Source: Candidatus Poribacteria bacterium (GTDB lineage Bacteria > Poribacteria > WGA-4E > WGA-3G). From it: a stretch of DNA of 64,000 nucleotides. Under the pieces are notes generated by a model that was given only the letters and a program-made list of their open reading frames with translations, had not been told where the DNA came from and did no database searches. The stretch spans positions 1,408,001 to 1,472,000 of the forward strand of contig OZ242029.1 in NCBI GenBank assembly GCA_965205015.1. The letters run 5' to 3'. This document shows positions 1-9,998 of this stretch, piece after piece; the stretch's first letter is position 1; the number at the start of each line of letters is the position of its first letter. The position numbers and the translations under genes are program-made.

Positions 1-324
1 CGGCGGTGCCTGGAAACTAATTAAACGTGCCATGTTCGGGGTCGTATTCACCGTTCCATGAACCTCGCCTGCGGGTACAAAGATGACATCGCCCGCAGCG
101 ATGGGTGTATAGACCTCGCCTTGGCGGATAGCGCCACCCCCCTCTAAAACGACAATCGCGTCTTCCGACGCATCGTGATAATGCTGCGTAAACTCTTGAC
201 CGGGGGCGTGAAGCCCATGGTTTAAGGTCAATTGTTTGGAACCCATATCGGGATGGACAACACGCCAGTTTTTACCTTTACCCATTTGAAAGGGCGTTCC
301 GGATTGAAGATTCAAAATTTTCAT
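1..324 (-). CDS. Cupin domain protein (3' end outside window)
   Basis: Manual translation MKILNLQSGTPFQMGKG...QHYHDASEDAIVVLEG...GDVIFVPAGEVHG shows both cupin motifs; open to window edge. Confidence 0.85.
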   Translation of the reverse strand, partial: MKILNLQSGTPFQMGKGKNWRVVHPDMGSKQLTLNHGLHAPGQEFTQHYHDASEDAIVVLEGGGAIRQGEVYTPIAAGDVIFVPAGEVHGTVNTTPNMARLISFQAPP

Positions 325-386
325 TCTTTTTGCCCCAAAGCACAAGGTGCCTTATATTGCAAGATGTCGGGATTCGGAGATCCCTT

Positions 387-974
387 CTACACATTTTTCT
401 GATAAAATGAGACAACTGTATCCCCGTAACGCGCGTGCCGACTCCGCTTCAAATCCCCAACTGCATCCGGCACAACATACTGCTTTGCGTGTTCAACAAG
501 CAGCATGCCACCGACACAGAGCAACGAACTCTCAGCAAGCAGTGGTAAACAGGTTGTATACAGCTGCGATCCCTCCGCCAAATCAACACCATACGGGGGA
601 TCAAAATAGATAATTTCAAATACAGTGGATCGCTTACACAGATACGCAATCCCTTTCACAACATCGCGACGGAGTAGATAATACCGTGCTTGGGATTCAG
701 TAAGCAGACCACACGTGTGGAGGTTTCGTTCTATAATCTCGATGCACCGCGGATTGCGCTCCAAAAATGTGACATGTTTCGCGCCGCGGCTCAACGCTTC
801 AATTCCCATACTCCCAGTACCGGCACAAAGGTCCAGGAAATTTGCGTCTACCATCCGTTCCTGCAGAATACTAAAAACCGATTCTTTAACCCGATCAGCG
901 GTAGGGCGGACGAGACGATTCCCCTTTGGAGCCACCAAGCGTCTACCTCTGAATGTGCCAGCAATAACTCTCAT
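387..974 (-). CDS. rsmD: 16S rRNA m2G966 methyltransferase RsmD
   Basis: MRVIAG..RGRRL, RPTADRVKES, LDLCAGTGSMGIEALSRGA, DPPY. Confidence 0.95.
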   Translation of the reverse strand: MRVIAGTFRGRRLVAPKGNRLVRPTADRVKESVFSILQERMVDANFLDLCAGTGSMGIEALSRGAKHVTFLERNPRCIEIIERNLHTCGLLTESQARYYLLRRDVVKGIAYLCKRSTVFEIIYFDPPYGVDLAEGSQLYTTCLPLLAESSLLCVGGMLLVEHAKQYVVPDAVGDLKRSRHARYGDTVVSFYQKNV

Positions 975-1113
975 GTTTAATGGTTGTCAGTTATCAGTTT
1001 TCGGTTTTCAGTTAAGAGATTTTTCGGTAACAATTCACCCGTGTCTTGGAATATTCCAAACTGGGGAAGATTGTTACCAGAAACCTTTTTAACCGACAAT
1101 CGACACCCGTTAA

Positions 1114-2439
1114 CTATTTGAACAACTCCTCTACCACCGAACCATCGTCAACGACCCGGATGGGGCGTCCGGCGCGAGAATAGTTCTCTTCATCAGCATC
1201 AATGCCGAGTGAGAAGCAAAGCGATGCAAATAGGTCTGGCACCCTAACAGCGCCACTGACGACTTCAGTTCCATCTTCATTTGTACTTCCGATGACCTGT
1301 CCACCGCGAGTACCCCCTCCCGCGACGACAGCCGACCACCCCGTGGTATGATGGTCACGTCCATCGTTATTGTTAATCCTCGGTGTGCGCCCGAACTCAC
1401 CGAGCCAGAGTACAAGCGTCTCTTCCAGAAGATCCCGTTCAGCCAAGTCCTTCAGGAGCATCGCGAACGCCGGATCTACCATAGCGAGGAGTTCTTTCGT
1501 CCGTTCAAAGTTGTTTTCATGTGTATCCCACCCGTCCAGCGAAACCTCAACAAATTTGACCCCAGCCTCTATCAGCCGTCGCGCCATCAAACAGCCGTGA
1601 CCGAATTTATTCATACCGTATGCCTCGCGGACAACCATCGGTTCTTCGGTGAGTTGAAACGCATCTATTTTCGGGGAGTTGATGAGCTGATCGGCTTTTT
1701 TGTAAATCGCCTCATGCGCCTCTGTGCTGCGTCCCGTCCGTTTCGCGATAAAATCCGCCTCAATCTCTTTCAGCATTTTCAAGCGTTCGCGAAAACGGTG
1801 TGTGTCCATCTGCGAAGGGTACGAAAGGTCTTCTACAGGGTTCATCGGATCCTTGACAACGAACGGATCGTGCGCTGCACCCAGGAAACCGCCGGAGTAG
1901 GTCGGCGAATTAATATTAACATAACTCGGAAGATCGGAGAGACTGTCCTCAAGGTAATAAGAGGTGAGTGAGCCGAGGGTTGGATGTCTGACTGCCCCAC
2001 CAGGCGCATACCCCGTATGCAATAAATAGCGTGCGCGTTCATGATTGCCTTCACGAGAAACCATCGATCGGATAATAGAGAGATGGTGCCCCTGCTCTGC
2101 AACATGCGGGAGGTGTTCGGAAACCTCTATGCCTTTGACGCTTGTCGGAATTGCTGCAAAGGGACCGCCATTTTTGGTGTCGGGTTTCGGATCAAAAGTG
2201 TCCAACTGACTCGCGCCACCACTCATGAACAGCACGATACAGTGTTTGGCGCGCGGTAGAACACCCTCAAGCTGCGCCAGGCTATTTGAACTGAAATGCT
2301 GCATCGCGACGAGTCCCAGAAAGCTGCTGATACCGCTTTTGACAAAACAGCGGCGTGAGATTTCCGTATGCCACAATTCGGGTGTGTCGTATTCTGGAAC
2401 CCACACTTTCGCGTTCATATCCACGCTCTCCTCAATCAT
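1114..2439 (-). CDS. DUF1501 family protein with Tat-like motif
   Basis: SRRCFVK; LFMSGGASQLDTFDPKP, GWDTH, GEFGRTP, GRDH. Confidence 0.9.
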   Translation of the reverse strand: MIEESVDMNAKVWVPEYDTPELWHTEISRRCFVKSGISSFLGLVAMQHFSSNSLAQLEGVLPRAKHCIVLFMSGGASQLDTFDPKPDTKNGGPFAAIPTSVKGIEVSEHLPHVAEQGHHLSIIRSMVSREGNHERARYLLHTGYAPGGAVRHPTLGSLTSYYLEDSLSDLPSYVNINSPTYSGGFLGAAHDPFVVKDPMNPVEDLSYPSQMDTHRFRERLKMLKEIEADFIAKRTGRSTEAHEAIYKKADQLINSPKIDAFQLTEEPMVVREAYGMNKFGHGCLMARRLIEAGVKFVEVSLDGWDTHENNFERTKELLAMVDPAFAMLLKDLAERDLLEETLVLWLGEFGRTPRINNNDGRDHHTTGWSAVVAGGGTRGGQVIGSTNEDGTEVVSGAVRVPDLFASLCFSLGIDADEENYSRAGRPIRVVDDGSVVEELFK

Positions 2440-2772
2440 TCATTCTTACCATTTTAACACGCCACTGTCTTTTAAACAAGGAAAAAAGAAAATGTTAGGG
2501 TCGGTATGTGCGCCTCTGATCGCTGCAGTTCGCATCACTCTTCATTGGGTTCCGCTATCTCAACAAAGGCGCACTGACTTGCGTAAGTCCTGTTCGATTG
2601 CGTAAATCCTATCTTAAAACCGAAATCGGCTACAGCAGTATTTCCGAATTGGAATTCGATTTTTTTCCATGTTGCACCTTTTCCGACTTTAAATTCGTCT
2701 TTAATAATAGAGCGCGTAAACCGTATTGCATGACTTAATGTTAAAAGACTTGCCATTAGATTCAGTCTTTCA

Positions 2773-5739
2773 GTGAATACAGCGAAACCTCACCTTTTCA
2801 TCAGGGGGAATCTCGTGGAAAGAGAAGACGATGTTCAACTGATTCAGAGAACCTTATCGGGGGACGATACAGCGTTTGGTATCTTGCTCCGAAGACACCA
2901 GAAAAGCGTCCACGCGCTCGTCTGGCGAAAGATCGGGGATTTTCACACCGCTGAAGATATTACCCAAGACACCTTCCTTCAGGCATACAAAAAACTCTCA
3001 ACGCTCAAGAATCACAATCAGTTTGCCGGATGGCTGTATGTCATCGCGGATCGGCTTTGCATTGATTGGAGCCGAAAGAGAAGACTCCTAACGCAATCGC
3101 TGGAGGGCACCCCTGTGGAAGAAATCGAGAGAGCCTCTTATACACATCACGCATCAGAACAGTGGCAGACAGAGGTTACTGAGCATCGCCAGGAACTCGT
3201 CAAAAAACTACTTGCCAAACTCCCAGAGAGTGAACGCACAGTGGTTACGCTCTATTACCTCGGCGAAATGACGACCAAAGAGATTGGGAAATTCCTGGGC
3301 GTGTCGGTGGATACCATTAAAAGTAGGCTTCGTCGGGGACGAAAGCGTTTGCAAGAGGATGAGGAACTGATGATCCAGGAAGTTTTCGGCGGCGTGCAAA
3401 TACCGGCGAGTTTGTATGAGAACGTCATGCGAGAAGTCTCTGAAATTAATCCCGCACCCTCTTCGGTTCCTAAACCCTTTCTCCCATGGATGGCTTTGGG
3501 GGCAGCTGCGGTTTTGATCGCTTTACTTATCGGCGCGAGTAGCCGATACCTCACCCGCTTCCAGAAGCCGTATAGTTTCGATGCGCGATCTGAACCCACG
3601 ATTGAAATTGTCGACACGTCTATCATCTTTGATATGGCAACGAAGCCCGCTGTGCGAAATCAAGCCGGACGCGTTACCACTTCCGACAAAAATAGCAGCG
3701 CTGGCACCCAAGTTTCTGATGTAACCGCAACATCTACTGCCCCAGAGAATTCCACCAAGTTCTCTACCGCACAGTGGTCCCAGGGAAATGGACCGCCAGG
3801 GGGTCCTGTCCGCAATATCTTCGCTACACCTGATGGAACCGTCTATGCTGTCATACAAACAGGGATATACAGATTAGCAGCGGATGCGCCTGCGTGGACA
3901 CGCGTTGACACGAGTGTTCCGATTGGCACGTTTTGGATGCCAATGGCAGCGCATGGCGGTACGCTTTATATTGTTTCTACTGATGAGATATTTGCTTCAG
4001 ACAACAGGGGGGAGATGTGGAGGACGCTCGGTCCCCGACCCGAGGGAGATGCCGTTGAACTCGTCATTACAGATGCCGAAGAAGCGTCCAGTTCACAAGT
4101 GCCTTTTACGATGTATCTCGCCCTGAGAGATAAAGGGATTTTCCGGTCTACAGATGGTGGGGCGCACTGGCGTCCTCTGAACGACGGATTGACAGCGGAA
4201 AAGATTTCCGCAGTAACTGCTATTGAAAAAACAGTGTTCGCGGGGACAGAGAATGGTCTCTACCGTCTCGATTCAGATGTTTGGAAAAAATTGCCATTGG
4301 ATACATCGGGCGCCGTCTGTTCTTTGGCAGTCTCTGGGACTGATCTTTATGTTGGGATAGGTTCTGAACTGTTGGTAAGGTTAACAGGAACGGAGTTACG
4401 GCAGGTACCACAAGAAGATAAGTTAAATTTTTTCAAAATATTCCATTCGACTGACCTCGGAGCGTCGTGGACTAAAATAAAGTTTCGAAGTGGACGTACC
4501 AAAACCACACTGGCAGGGATAACGGTTTTGGCAACAGGGAACACGCTCTTGGCATTGAGCTCCGCCCAATTTCGTTCAACAGATGGCGGACAAACGTGGA
4601 CGGAACTTGAAAGGGATCATAGTTTTGTGGGCAACAGTCGTCTTCCGGTTGTAATGGTCAACGAGAGGACGTATTACAAAGCGAATACAGCGGGCATTCA
4701 CCGCACGACGGATGGCGGGACATCGTGGCATATCTTTATGGACGGGGTGATCGGAACTCGTATCGTGGATCTCGTCGCGTTGGACAGTGGATTATACACC
4801 CATACCGGTTATGATGTTTATCAATCGACAGATGCGGGTGTGTCTTGGAAAAAACTGTGGAATCATGAGCGGGAAGCCGTGCTCAACATCCCCACGACCA
4901 GGATAATTTTCGCGCCAAAACTGATACCTGTTGGCGACATTCTTTATTTTCTTGCAGGTCCAGAAACCGGAGTGGACAATGTGGGTATTTTCCGTTTATC
5001 AACGGATACGGATATGCTCATTCCAGTTCGAGATGTCCCCATTTTTGATCGTAGAAAAATCGGCTATGAAAAATTTTATTATCAGTCAGAAGATCGAGAG
5101 TATATTCGTACATTTCGTCTGAGAACGGAGACTGCTGCTGCGAGTCGTGATACCTTTTATGTAGAATACGCAGGCGAGCTCTACAAATGGAAACTGGGGG
5201 ATCCAGAGTGGACAAGCACTGGGTTGGTAGACGATGGTTATCGATATGATGAGAAATCCGGAGAGGGATTCGAATTCGGAGAGGGATTCAGATTAGCGGT
5301 TCTCGGAGAGACCGTCTACGTGGGGAAGCGGGAGGGTAAACTGTTTCAGTCGCTTGATGCAGCGGAGAGTTGGAAAGACATTACATCAAGCTTGCCGCTC
5401 CATTTCGCTCGCTTCAAAGATATGGTCTTTGTCGGGGCAACCCTTTACGTCGCAACAGATAATGGCGTTATGGCTTCCAGAACCGCGGAACATTGGTACG
5501 TGCTCACCGATAGTGCCGGCACGCGTTCGATCATAAATAGGTTTGCTGTAGATGGCAGCACAGTTTATGGTATCGGTGATGCGGGTGTCTACCGCTTGGA
5601 TACCCATAATCGATGGAAGCAGGTTTCTACGGAAGTGCCGGATGGACTTATTTCTCCCGCTATCACTCACGATACGCTCTATGGTATCATCAAAGGGCAG
5701 GGAATATTTCACACGTCCCTGGTTTCCGAAGAACGGTAG
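2773..5739 (+). CDS. ECF sigma factor fused to a TM helix and an extracellular BNR/Asp-box beta-propeller (start may be GTG 2815)
   Basis: sigma2 (AEDITQDTFLQAY..FAGWLYVIA), sigma4 (LPESER..EIG..LGVSVDTIKSRLRRGR), hydrophobic helix, repeated STDGG..W Asp-boxes. Confidence 0.9.
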   Translation: MNTAKPHLFIRGNLVEREDDVQLIQRTLSGDDTAFGILLRRHQKSVHALVWRKIGDFHTAEDITQDTFLQAYKKLSTLKNHNQFAGWLYVIADRLCIDWSRKRRLLTQSLEGTPVEEIERASYTHHASEQWQTEVTEHRQELVKKLLAKLPESERTVVTLYYLGEMTTKEIGKFLGVSVDTIKSRLRRGRKRLQEDEELMIQEVFGGVQIPASLYENVMREVSEINPAPSSVPKPFLPWMALGAAAVLIALLIGASSRYLTRFQKPYSFDARSEPTIEIVDTSIIFDMATKPAVRNQAGRVTTSDKNSSAGTQVSDVTATSTAPENSTKFSTAQWSQGNGPPGGPVRNIFATPDGTVYAVIQTGIYRLAADAPAWTRVDTSVPIGTFWMPMAAHGGTLYIVSTDEIFASDNRGEMWRTLGPRPEGDAVELVITDAEEASSSQVPFTMYLALRDKGIFRSTDGGAHWRPLNDGLTAEKISAVTAIEKTVFAGTENGLYRLDSDVWKKLPLDTSGAVCSLAVSGTDLYVGIGSELLVRLTGTELRQVPQEDKLNFFKIFHSTDLGASWTKIKFRSGRTKTTLAGITVLATGNTLLALSSAQFRSTDGGQTWTELERDHSFVGNSRLPVVMVNERTYYKANTAGIHRTTDGGTSWHIFMDGVIGTRIVDLVALDSGLYTHTGYDVYQSTDAGVSWKKLWNHEREAVLNIPTTRIIFAPKLIPVGDILYFLAGPETGVDNVGIFRLSTDTDMLIPVRDVPIFDRRKIGYEKFYYQSEDREYIRTFRLRTETAAASRDTFYVEYAGELYKWKLGDPEWTSTGLVDDGYRYDEKSGEGFEFGEGFRLAVLGETVYVGKREGKLFQSLDAAESWKDITSSLPLHFARFKDMVFVGATLYVATDNGVMASRTAEHWYVLTDSAGTRSIINRFAVDGSTVYGIGDAGVYRLDTHNRWKQVSTEVPDGLISPAITHDTLYGIIKGQGIFHTSLVSEER

Positions 5740-5770
5740 ATAGATTTTTAGCCGAAGAAGGAGATAAAAA

Positions 5771-6652
5771 ATGATATACCGCCAACTCCTCGCATGTCTC
5801 TTACTTTTATTAATTCCGCTGAGTGCGAAAGCGTTTCCACCCGCTTCACCCGCAGGGGGAAACTATTTAGTCCTTGATGGGGATGACGACCACGCCGTTT
5901 TAGATTTTGAAACTTTCGGTAGACCTTTACCCAACGGCACGAAAGAGTTCACCGTCGAAGCATGGATATATCCCACCACACCGCCCGACAACGGGAAAAC
6001 GTTATTGACGATACTCCATCAACAGGTGCATATGCTCATCGTGAACGATGAGCTTCAACCGTGGCTAAATGAGGTGGCGAATCTGTTAAATATTGAGCCC
6101 CCGAAGGGGGACCTCATCTTGATAATGAATGCCTATATTGATGGAAAGTTCGGTCTGAGATTAGCTTTCCCGATCCCGCTTAAGCAGAACCAATGGCACC
6201 ATATCGCTTATCAGTCAAATGGGGATCAGACAACAATGATCGTCAATGATTTCGTAGCGATACGGCGACTCGCGGATCCTCTCGGACATGATAACGATCC
6301 TCGTGCTTTGCGTCCACTGGACTTCGTGCTTGGAGGGTTTGGAAAAATAATTGAGGTGCCTGGCGGTTCCAATTATGCTTCCTTTACTGGATATATTGAT
6401 GAGGTTCGCATCTCAACGGAGGCTCGTTACGATGTCGAGAAAAAGGATTTTATGCCAGACGGCAAATTCAAAAATGACGCAAAGACAGTTGCGTTGTGGC
6501 ATTTTGATGAGCCGAGCGGAACACAGGAATTCTCAGACGCATCGGGCAATGCATATCATCTGGAGGGTAAAAATGGCGCGAGGACCAGCATCCCACTTGC
6601 AGTCGAAGCAGGAGGAAAACTCACAACGACATGGGGACGGCTGAAGCAATGA
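5771..6652 (+). CDS. Secreted LamG/concanavalin-like protein with C-terminal TWxxLK tail
   Basis: Signal peptide; FTVEAWI, QWHHIA, FTGYIDEVRIS, LWHFDE; ends LAVEAGGKLTTTWGRLKQ. Confidence 0.9.
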   Translation: MIYRQLLACLLLLLIPLSAKAFPPASPAGGNYLVLDGDDDHAVLDFETFGRPLPNGTKEFTVEAWIYPTTPPDNGKTLLTILHQQVHMLIVNDELQPWLNEVANLLNIEPPKGDLILIMNAYIDGKFGLRLAFPIPLKQNQWHHIAYQSNGDQTTMIVNDFVAIRRLADPLGHDNDPRALRPLDFVLGGFGKIIEVPGGSNYASFTGYIDEVRISTEARYDVEKKDFMPDGKFKNDAKTVALWHFDEPSGTQEFSDASGNAYHLEGKNGARTSIPLAVEAGGKLTTTWGRLKQ

Positions 6653-7746
6653 AATCTCTAAAAAAACTTATCGTTACTGGCATTATTGTTCTCCTTTTCT
6701 TACTTATGCAAATAGAAACCTTTGCGGATCAGGGCTGGGACCTGAGAACCCAACTCTCCACGAAGAGAATAGTTTTCGCGACTGCTGTCGTGGGTAATAA
6801 GATTTATCTCATCGGTGGCACCCTCTTTGAAAACGTGAGGCGCGGTAAAGCCGTCCGGGGTCCCTATGGAATTTCAACTGTTGAGGTGTATGACACACAG
6901 AGCAACACGTGGCAGAGAGTTGCAGATATGCCAACGCCACGCCATGGTGCGAAAGCGGCGGTTGTTAACGGCATCATCTTTGTCTTCGGCGGGTCGAATG
7001 GGGAGGAAGCTCATGCACTTCGGAAATATCCAGTGAACGTAGAGGCATATAATCCTCGAACCGATACATGGATGCAGAAAAAGGACATGCCTGTTTCTCG
7101 TGTCGAGTTTGATATTGGTGTGGTGGATGGAAAAATCTATATCATTGGAGGTGCGACGCGCCTCGGTGGCGAACGAATGGGCCGTGTTGATGTTTATAAC
7201 CCTGCCACCGATACGTGGGTGAAGGGTCGAGAAATGCCGACCCCACGCGAGAATTTAGGTGTGGGAGTTGTCAACAACCGTATTTATGCCATCGGTGGAC
7301 GTGGATGGCCAAAAGTTCGCCTCGGTCCCCATCTTACGGTCATTGAGGAATATGATTCAAGAAGCCGCCACTGGCGGAAGAGGGGTGATATGTTAGACCC
7401 CAGAGATTGGTTCGCGACGGTTGTTGTTAGGAATTCCATCTATCTGATCGGGGGAGTCCTTTGGAAGGGAGCGGGATACGAGTATTTAGCGAGTGTGAAT
7501 GTGTATGATCCACGGAAAGATATATGGAGCGATCTTCCAGCACTGCCAATCCCCCTCCTGCCTCAGGGGGCAGAGGCGGTCGACGGAAGGATTTATGTTT
7601 TCGGGGGCTCGGGAGATGTTGGAAAAGGTGTGGAATTACTTCCAGACGTTGTGGTATATGATACCGGATTCCGTGCTGTTGAAGCAAACGGCAAACTGTC
7701 CACAAGTTGGGGTGAACTGAAAGCAGAACACCAAAACCAACCTTAA
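6649..7746 (+). CDS. Secreted Kelch-repeat protein with C-terminal SWxxLK tail
   Basis: ATG overlaps LamG stop (ATGA); six KIYxIGG...VYDP..W repeats; ends AVEANGKLSTSWGELK. Confidence 0.9.
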   Translation: MKSLKKLIVTGIIVLLFLLMQIETFADQGWDLRTQLSTKRIVFATAVVGNKIYLIGGTLFENVRRGKAVRGPYGISTVEVYDTQSNTWQRVADMPTPRHGAKAAVVNGIIFVFGGSNGEEAHALRKYPVNVEAYNPRTDTWMQKKDMPVSRVEFDIGVVDGKIYIIGGATRLGGERMGRVDVYNPATDTWVKGREMPTPRENLGVGVVNNRIYAIGGRGWPKVRLGPHLTVIEEYDSRSRHWRKRGDMLDPRDWFATVVVRNSIYLIGGVLWKGAGYEYLASVNVYDPRKDIWSDLPALPIPLLPQGAEAVDGRIYVFGGSGDVGKGVELLPDVVVYDTGFRAVEANGKLSTSWGELKAEHQNQP

Positions 7747-7826
7747 GGGGACAAACCTGACGCGCCATCCTACAAAAGATAAGATAACACACAGACTTGC
7801 CCATCCCTATAATACCGGGACTATCG

Positions 7827-8597
7827 TTAAACGTTTGAATGCGACTGACAGCCATCAACGTTCACACAGGCACCCGTCACAAGACTCGCGCGTTCCGATG
7901 CGAGAAAAACGACGACATTTGCGATTTCTTCGGGCTTCCCGAACCTCCCCAGCGGCATATCGCTTTTTACAAAGGCTGCCATCGCTTCGGGATCCGCTGC
8001 GATGCGACGCGCCCAGCCACCCCCCGGAAACAGGATCGAACCCGGGGCAACACTATTCACGCGGATATTGTCCGGTGCGAGCTCCCTTGCCAACGACTTT
8101 GTCATGCTGATCTCGGCGGCTTTTGAAGCGTTGTAAGTGATGTGCCCGCCGCCCTCTCTCCCATAGATCGAGGTGATCATCAGAATCACACCACTCCCTT
8201 GCTTTTTCATTTCAGGGATCGCGCGTTGATTCACCCGCGCCGCAGATACAAGATTCAGGTCGAGGATTTCGTGCCATTCGGTGTCCGAAATCTCTTCGAG
8301 AGGGGTCCACCGACTGCCACCGACGTTGTTCACAACGACATCAATTCCACCATACGTTTCCACGGTTTCTGCGATGAACGCATCGACCTGTTCGCCATCC
8401 GTAACATCTGTAAGTTTGGCGAAAACCTCCGCGCCTTTTGCCGACAATTCACCCTGCACGTTTTGGAGCGTCTCTTGGGTTCTGCCACAGATGCTCAACC
8501 GTACACCTTCTTCAGCAAAACCGTGCGCGATAGCACGTCCGATACCGCGACTCGCCCCCGTTACAACGACCACTTTGTTCTTGAGTCCTAAGTCCAT
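7827..8597 (-). CDS. SDR family oxidoreductase (copy 1)
   Basis: TGASRGIG, NNVG, YNASK; start MDLGLKNK with GGAGA RBS. Confidence 0.93.
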   Translation of the reverse strand: MDLGLKNKVVVVTGASRGIGRAIAHGFAEEGVRLSICGRTQETLQNVQGELSAKGAEVFAKLTDVTDGEQVDAFIAETVETYGGIDVVVNNVGGSRWTPLEEISDTEWHEILDLNLVSAARVNQRAIPEMKKQGSGVILMITSIYGREGGGHITYNASKAAEISMTKSLARELAPDNIRVNSVAPGSILFPGGGWARRIAADPEAMAAFVKSDMPLGRFGKPEEIANVVVFLASERASLVTGACVNVDGCQSHSNV

Positions 8598-8652
8598 TAG
8601 ATCTCCCATTCCCTTTTGGAGTATGGGCTTAAAAACAAGCCCTAACATTTCT
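7834..8652. repeat. 819-bp direct repeat, copy 1 (copy 2 at 22357-23175)
   Basis: Sequence and alternative-frame ORF translations match at offset 14523. Confidence 0.95.
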
Positions 8653-9132
8653 GTCACTTACCCCCATTTTTTTTCAAGGATAGATTGTAGTTGATGCCAT
8701 CAGGTTTGTATGCGAGAAAGTCAGTCAGTTTCCAAGGGTTTCCCAAGGCGGATCGCCCCTGGAATGTATCTGCGTGAAAAAGGAGATGAGAAAATGTTGG
8801 TTCCATAAGTCAGTGAGCACGCGTTTGATAATAGTAATAACAGAAAAACTTTTTCTGTTATTACTATTATATGCCTTCTGCCAGTGTGTAGAGGCGACCT
8901 TCTCATAACTGATAAACAGCAATCCATAAGCCAAGCAGGCACACAGCCAGAGAACATCCAGACGCGTTTGTGTCGGTTTTTTCAAGACGAGTTTGCCAAA
9001 TCCGAAGCACGACTTTATATCTCGGAACCCGTGTTCAATCTGCATGCGTCTTTTGTAGCAGTGATGTATCTGATGTCCACTGAGACGATTTGAGATAAGA
9101 TACATCGGGTCTTTGAAGGTCGCGTCTCTGAG
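8651..9132 (-). mobile_element. IS4-family remnant: 5'-truncated transposase (8725-~9132) plus probable end at 8651
   Basis: YKRRMQIEHGFRDIK is the IS4 YREK motif; CTGTCACTTA resembles IS50-type ends; no N-terminal part. Confidence 0.75.
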
Positions 9133-9271
9133 GATATAAGGAATGGAAGGATGGAAGATAGGAAGGATTAGGGCGCGATCCGAAGATCGCCTCTACAAGA
9201 GTATACAGTGAAGCAGAGATAGCTCCTAAGAAAGAATTGAAAAACTCCGATTTTTCTTGATGCGTGGGAAC

Positions 9272-9862
9272 TTACGCGAGCCAAGGGATGTCCTCGTTTT
9301 TCAGGTAAGGGTTGAGATGTTCTTGGAGTTGGAGTCGGGCGTTTCGGAGATGTGTTTTGACTGTGCCTTCAGAACGTTTCAATCGTTTTGCGATGGTTTT
9401 GATAGAGAGATCTTGGACATAGTATAAGAGAAACACCTCTTTGCGAGACTGGGTGAGGTATTCAAGGGCTTTGTGGAGTAGCTGTCGCAGCTCCTGCGTC
9501 TGGAGACGTTCAGACGGGTCGGGGTGCGTGTTGGTGATGCGGTGTTCGTCTACAGTGTGTAGGGGCTCAATGCTGTTTGCGACCTTTTGTTTTCGGAAGA
9601 AGTCAATACAGACGTTTTCAGCGATGCGATATATCCATGAAGAGAAAGCGGCATCGCCCCGGAAAGTGTTGATGCCTCGAAACGCCTTGAGCCATGTTTC
9701 TTGAGTCAAGTCTTTGGCGACTTCCAAATCTTTGACGCGTCTGTGGATGTGCGTATAGATTTTGGGATGGTATTTTCGCACCAGTGGGTTAAACGCTTTG
9801 GTGTCGCCCCGTCGTATGAGAGCGACCAATTTATGATCATTTGTATGTATTGTGTTGCTCAA
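9272..9862 (-). CDS. ECF RNA polymerase sigma factor
   Basis: AKDLTQETWLKAF, FSSWIYRIA, SEGTVKTHLRNAR; TTG start after AGGAG. Confidence 0.9.
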   Translation of the reverse strand: MSNTIHTNDHKLVALIRRGDTKAFNPLVRKYHPKIYTHIHRRVKDLEVAKDLTQETWLKAFRGINTFRGDAAFSSWIYRIAENVCIDFFRKQKVANSIEPLHTVDEHRITNTHPDPSERLQTQELRQLLHKALEYLTQSRKEVFLLYYVQDLSIKTIAKRLKRSEGTVKTHLRNARLQLQEHLNPYLKNEDIPWLA

Positions 9863-9998
9863 AGGATTCTCCTGATTTGCGAGCGTATTTATTCAATTGA
9901 TAACTTCCTTCTAAACACGCCGCGGAGTTTCACTAAATTCTGTGCGTCAATTCGGTGTTGGTCCCCCAAGGTTTCCTGCTCTTCAGATTCCCGCTATT

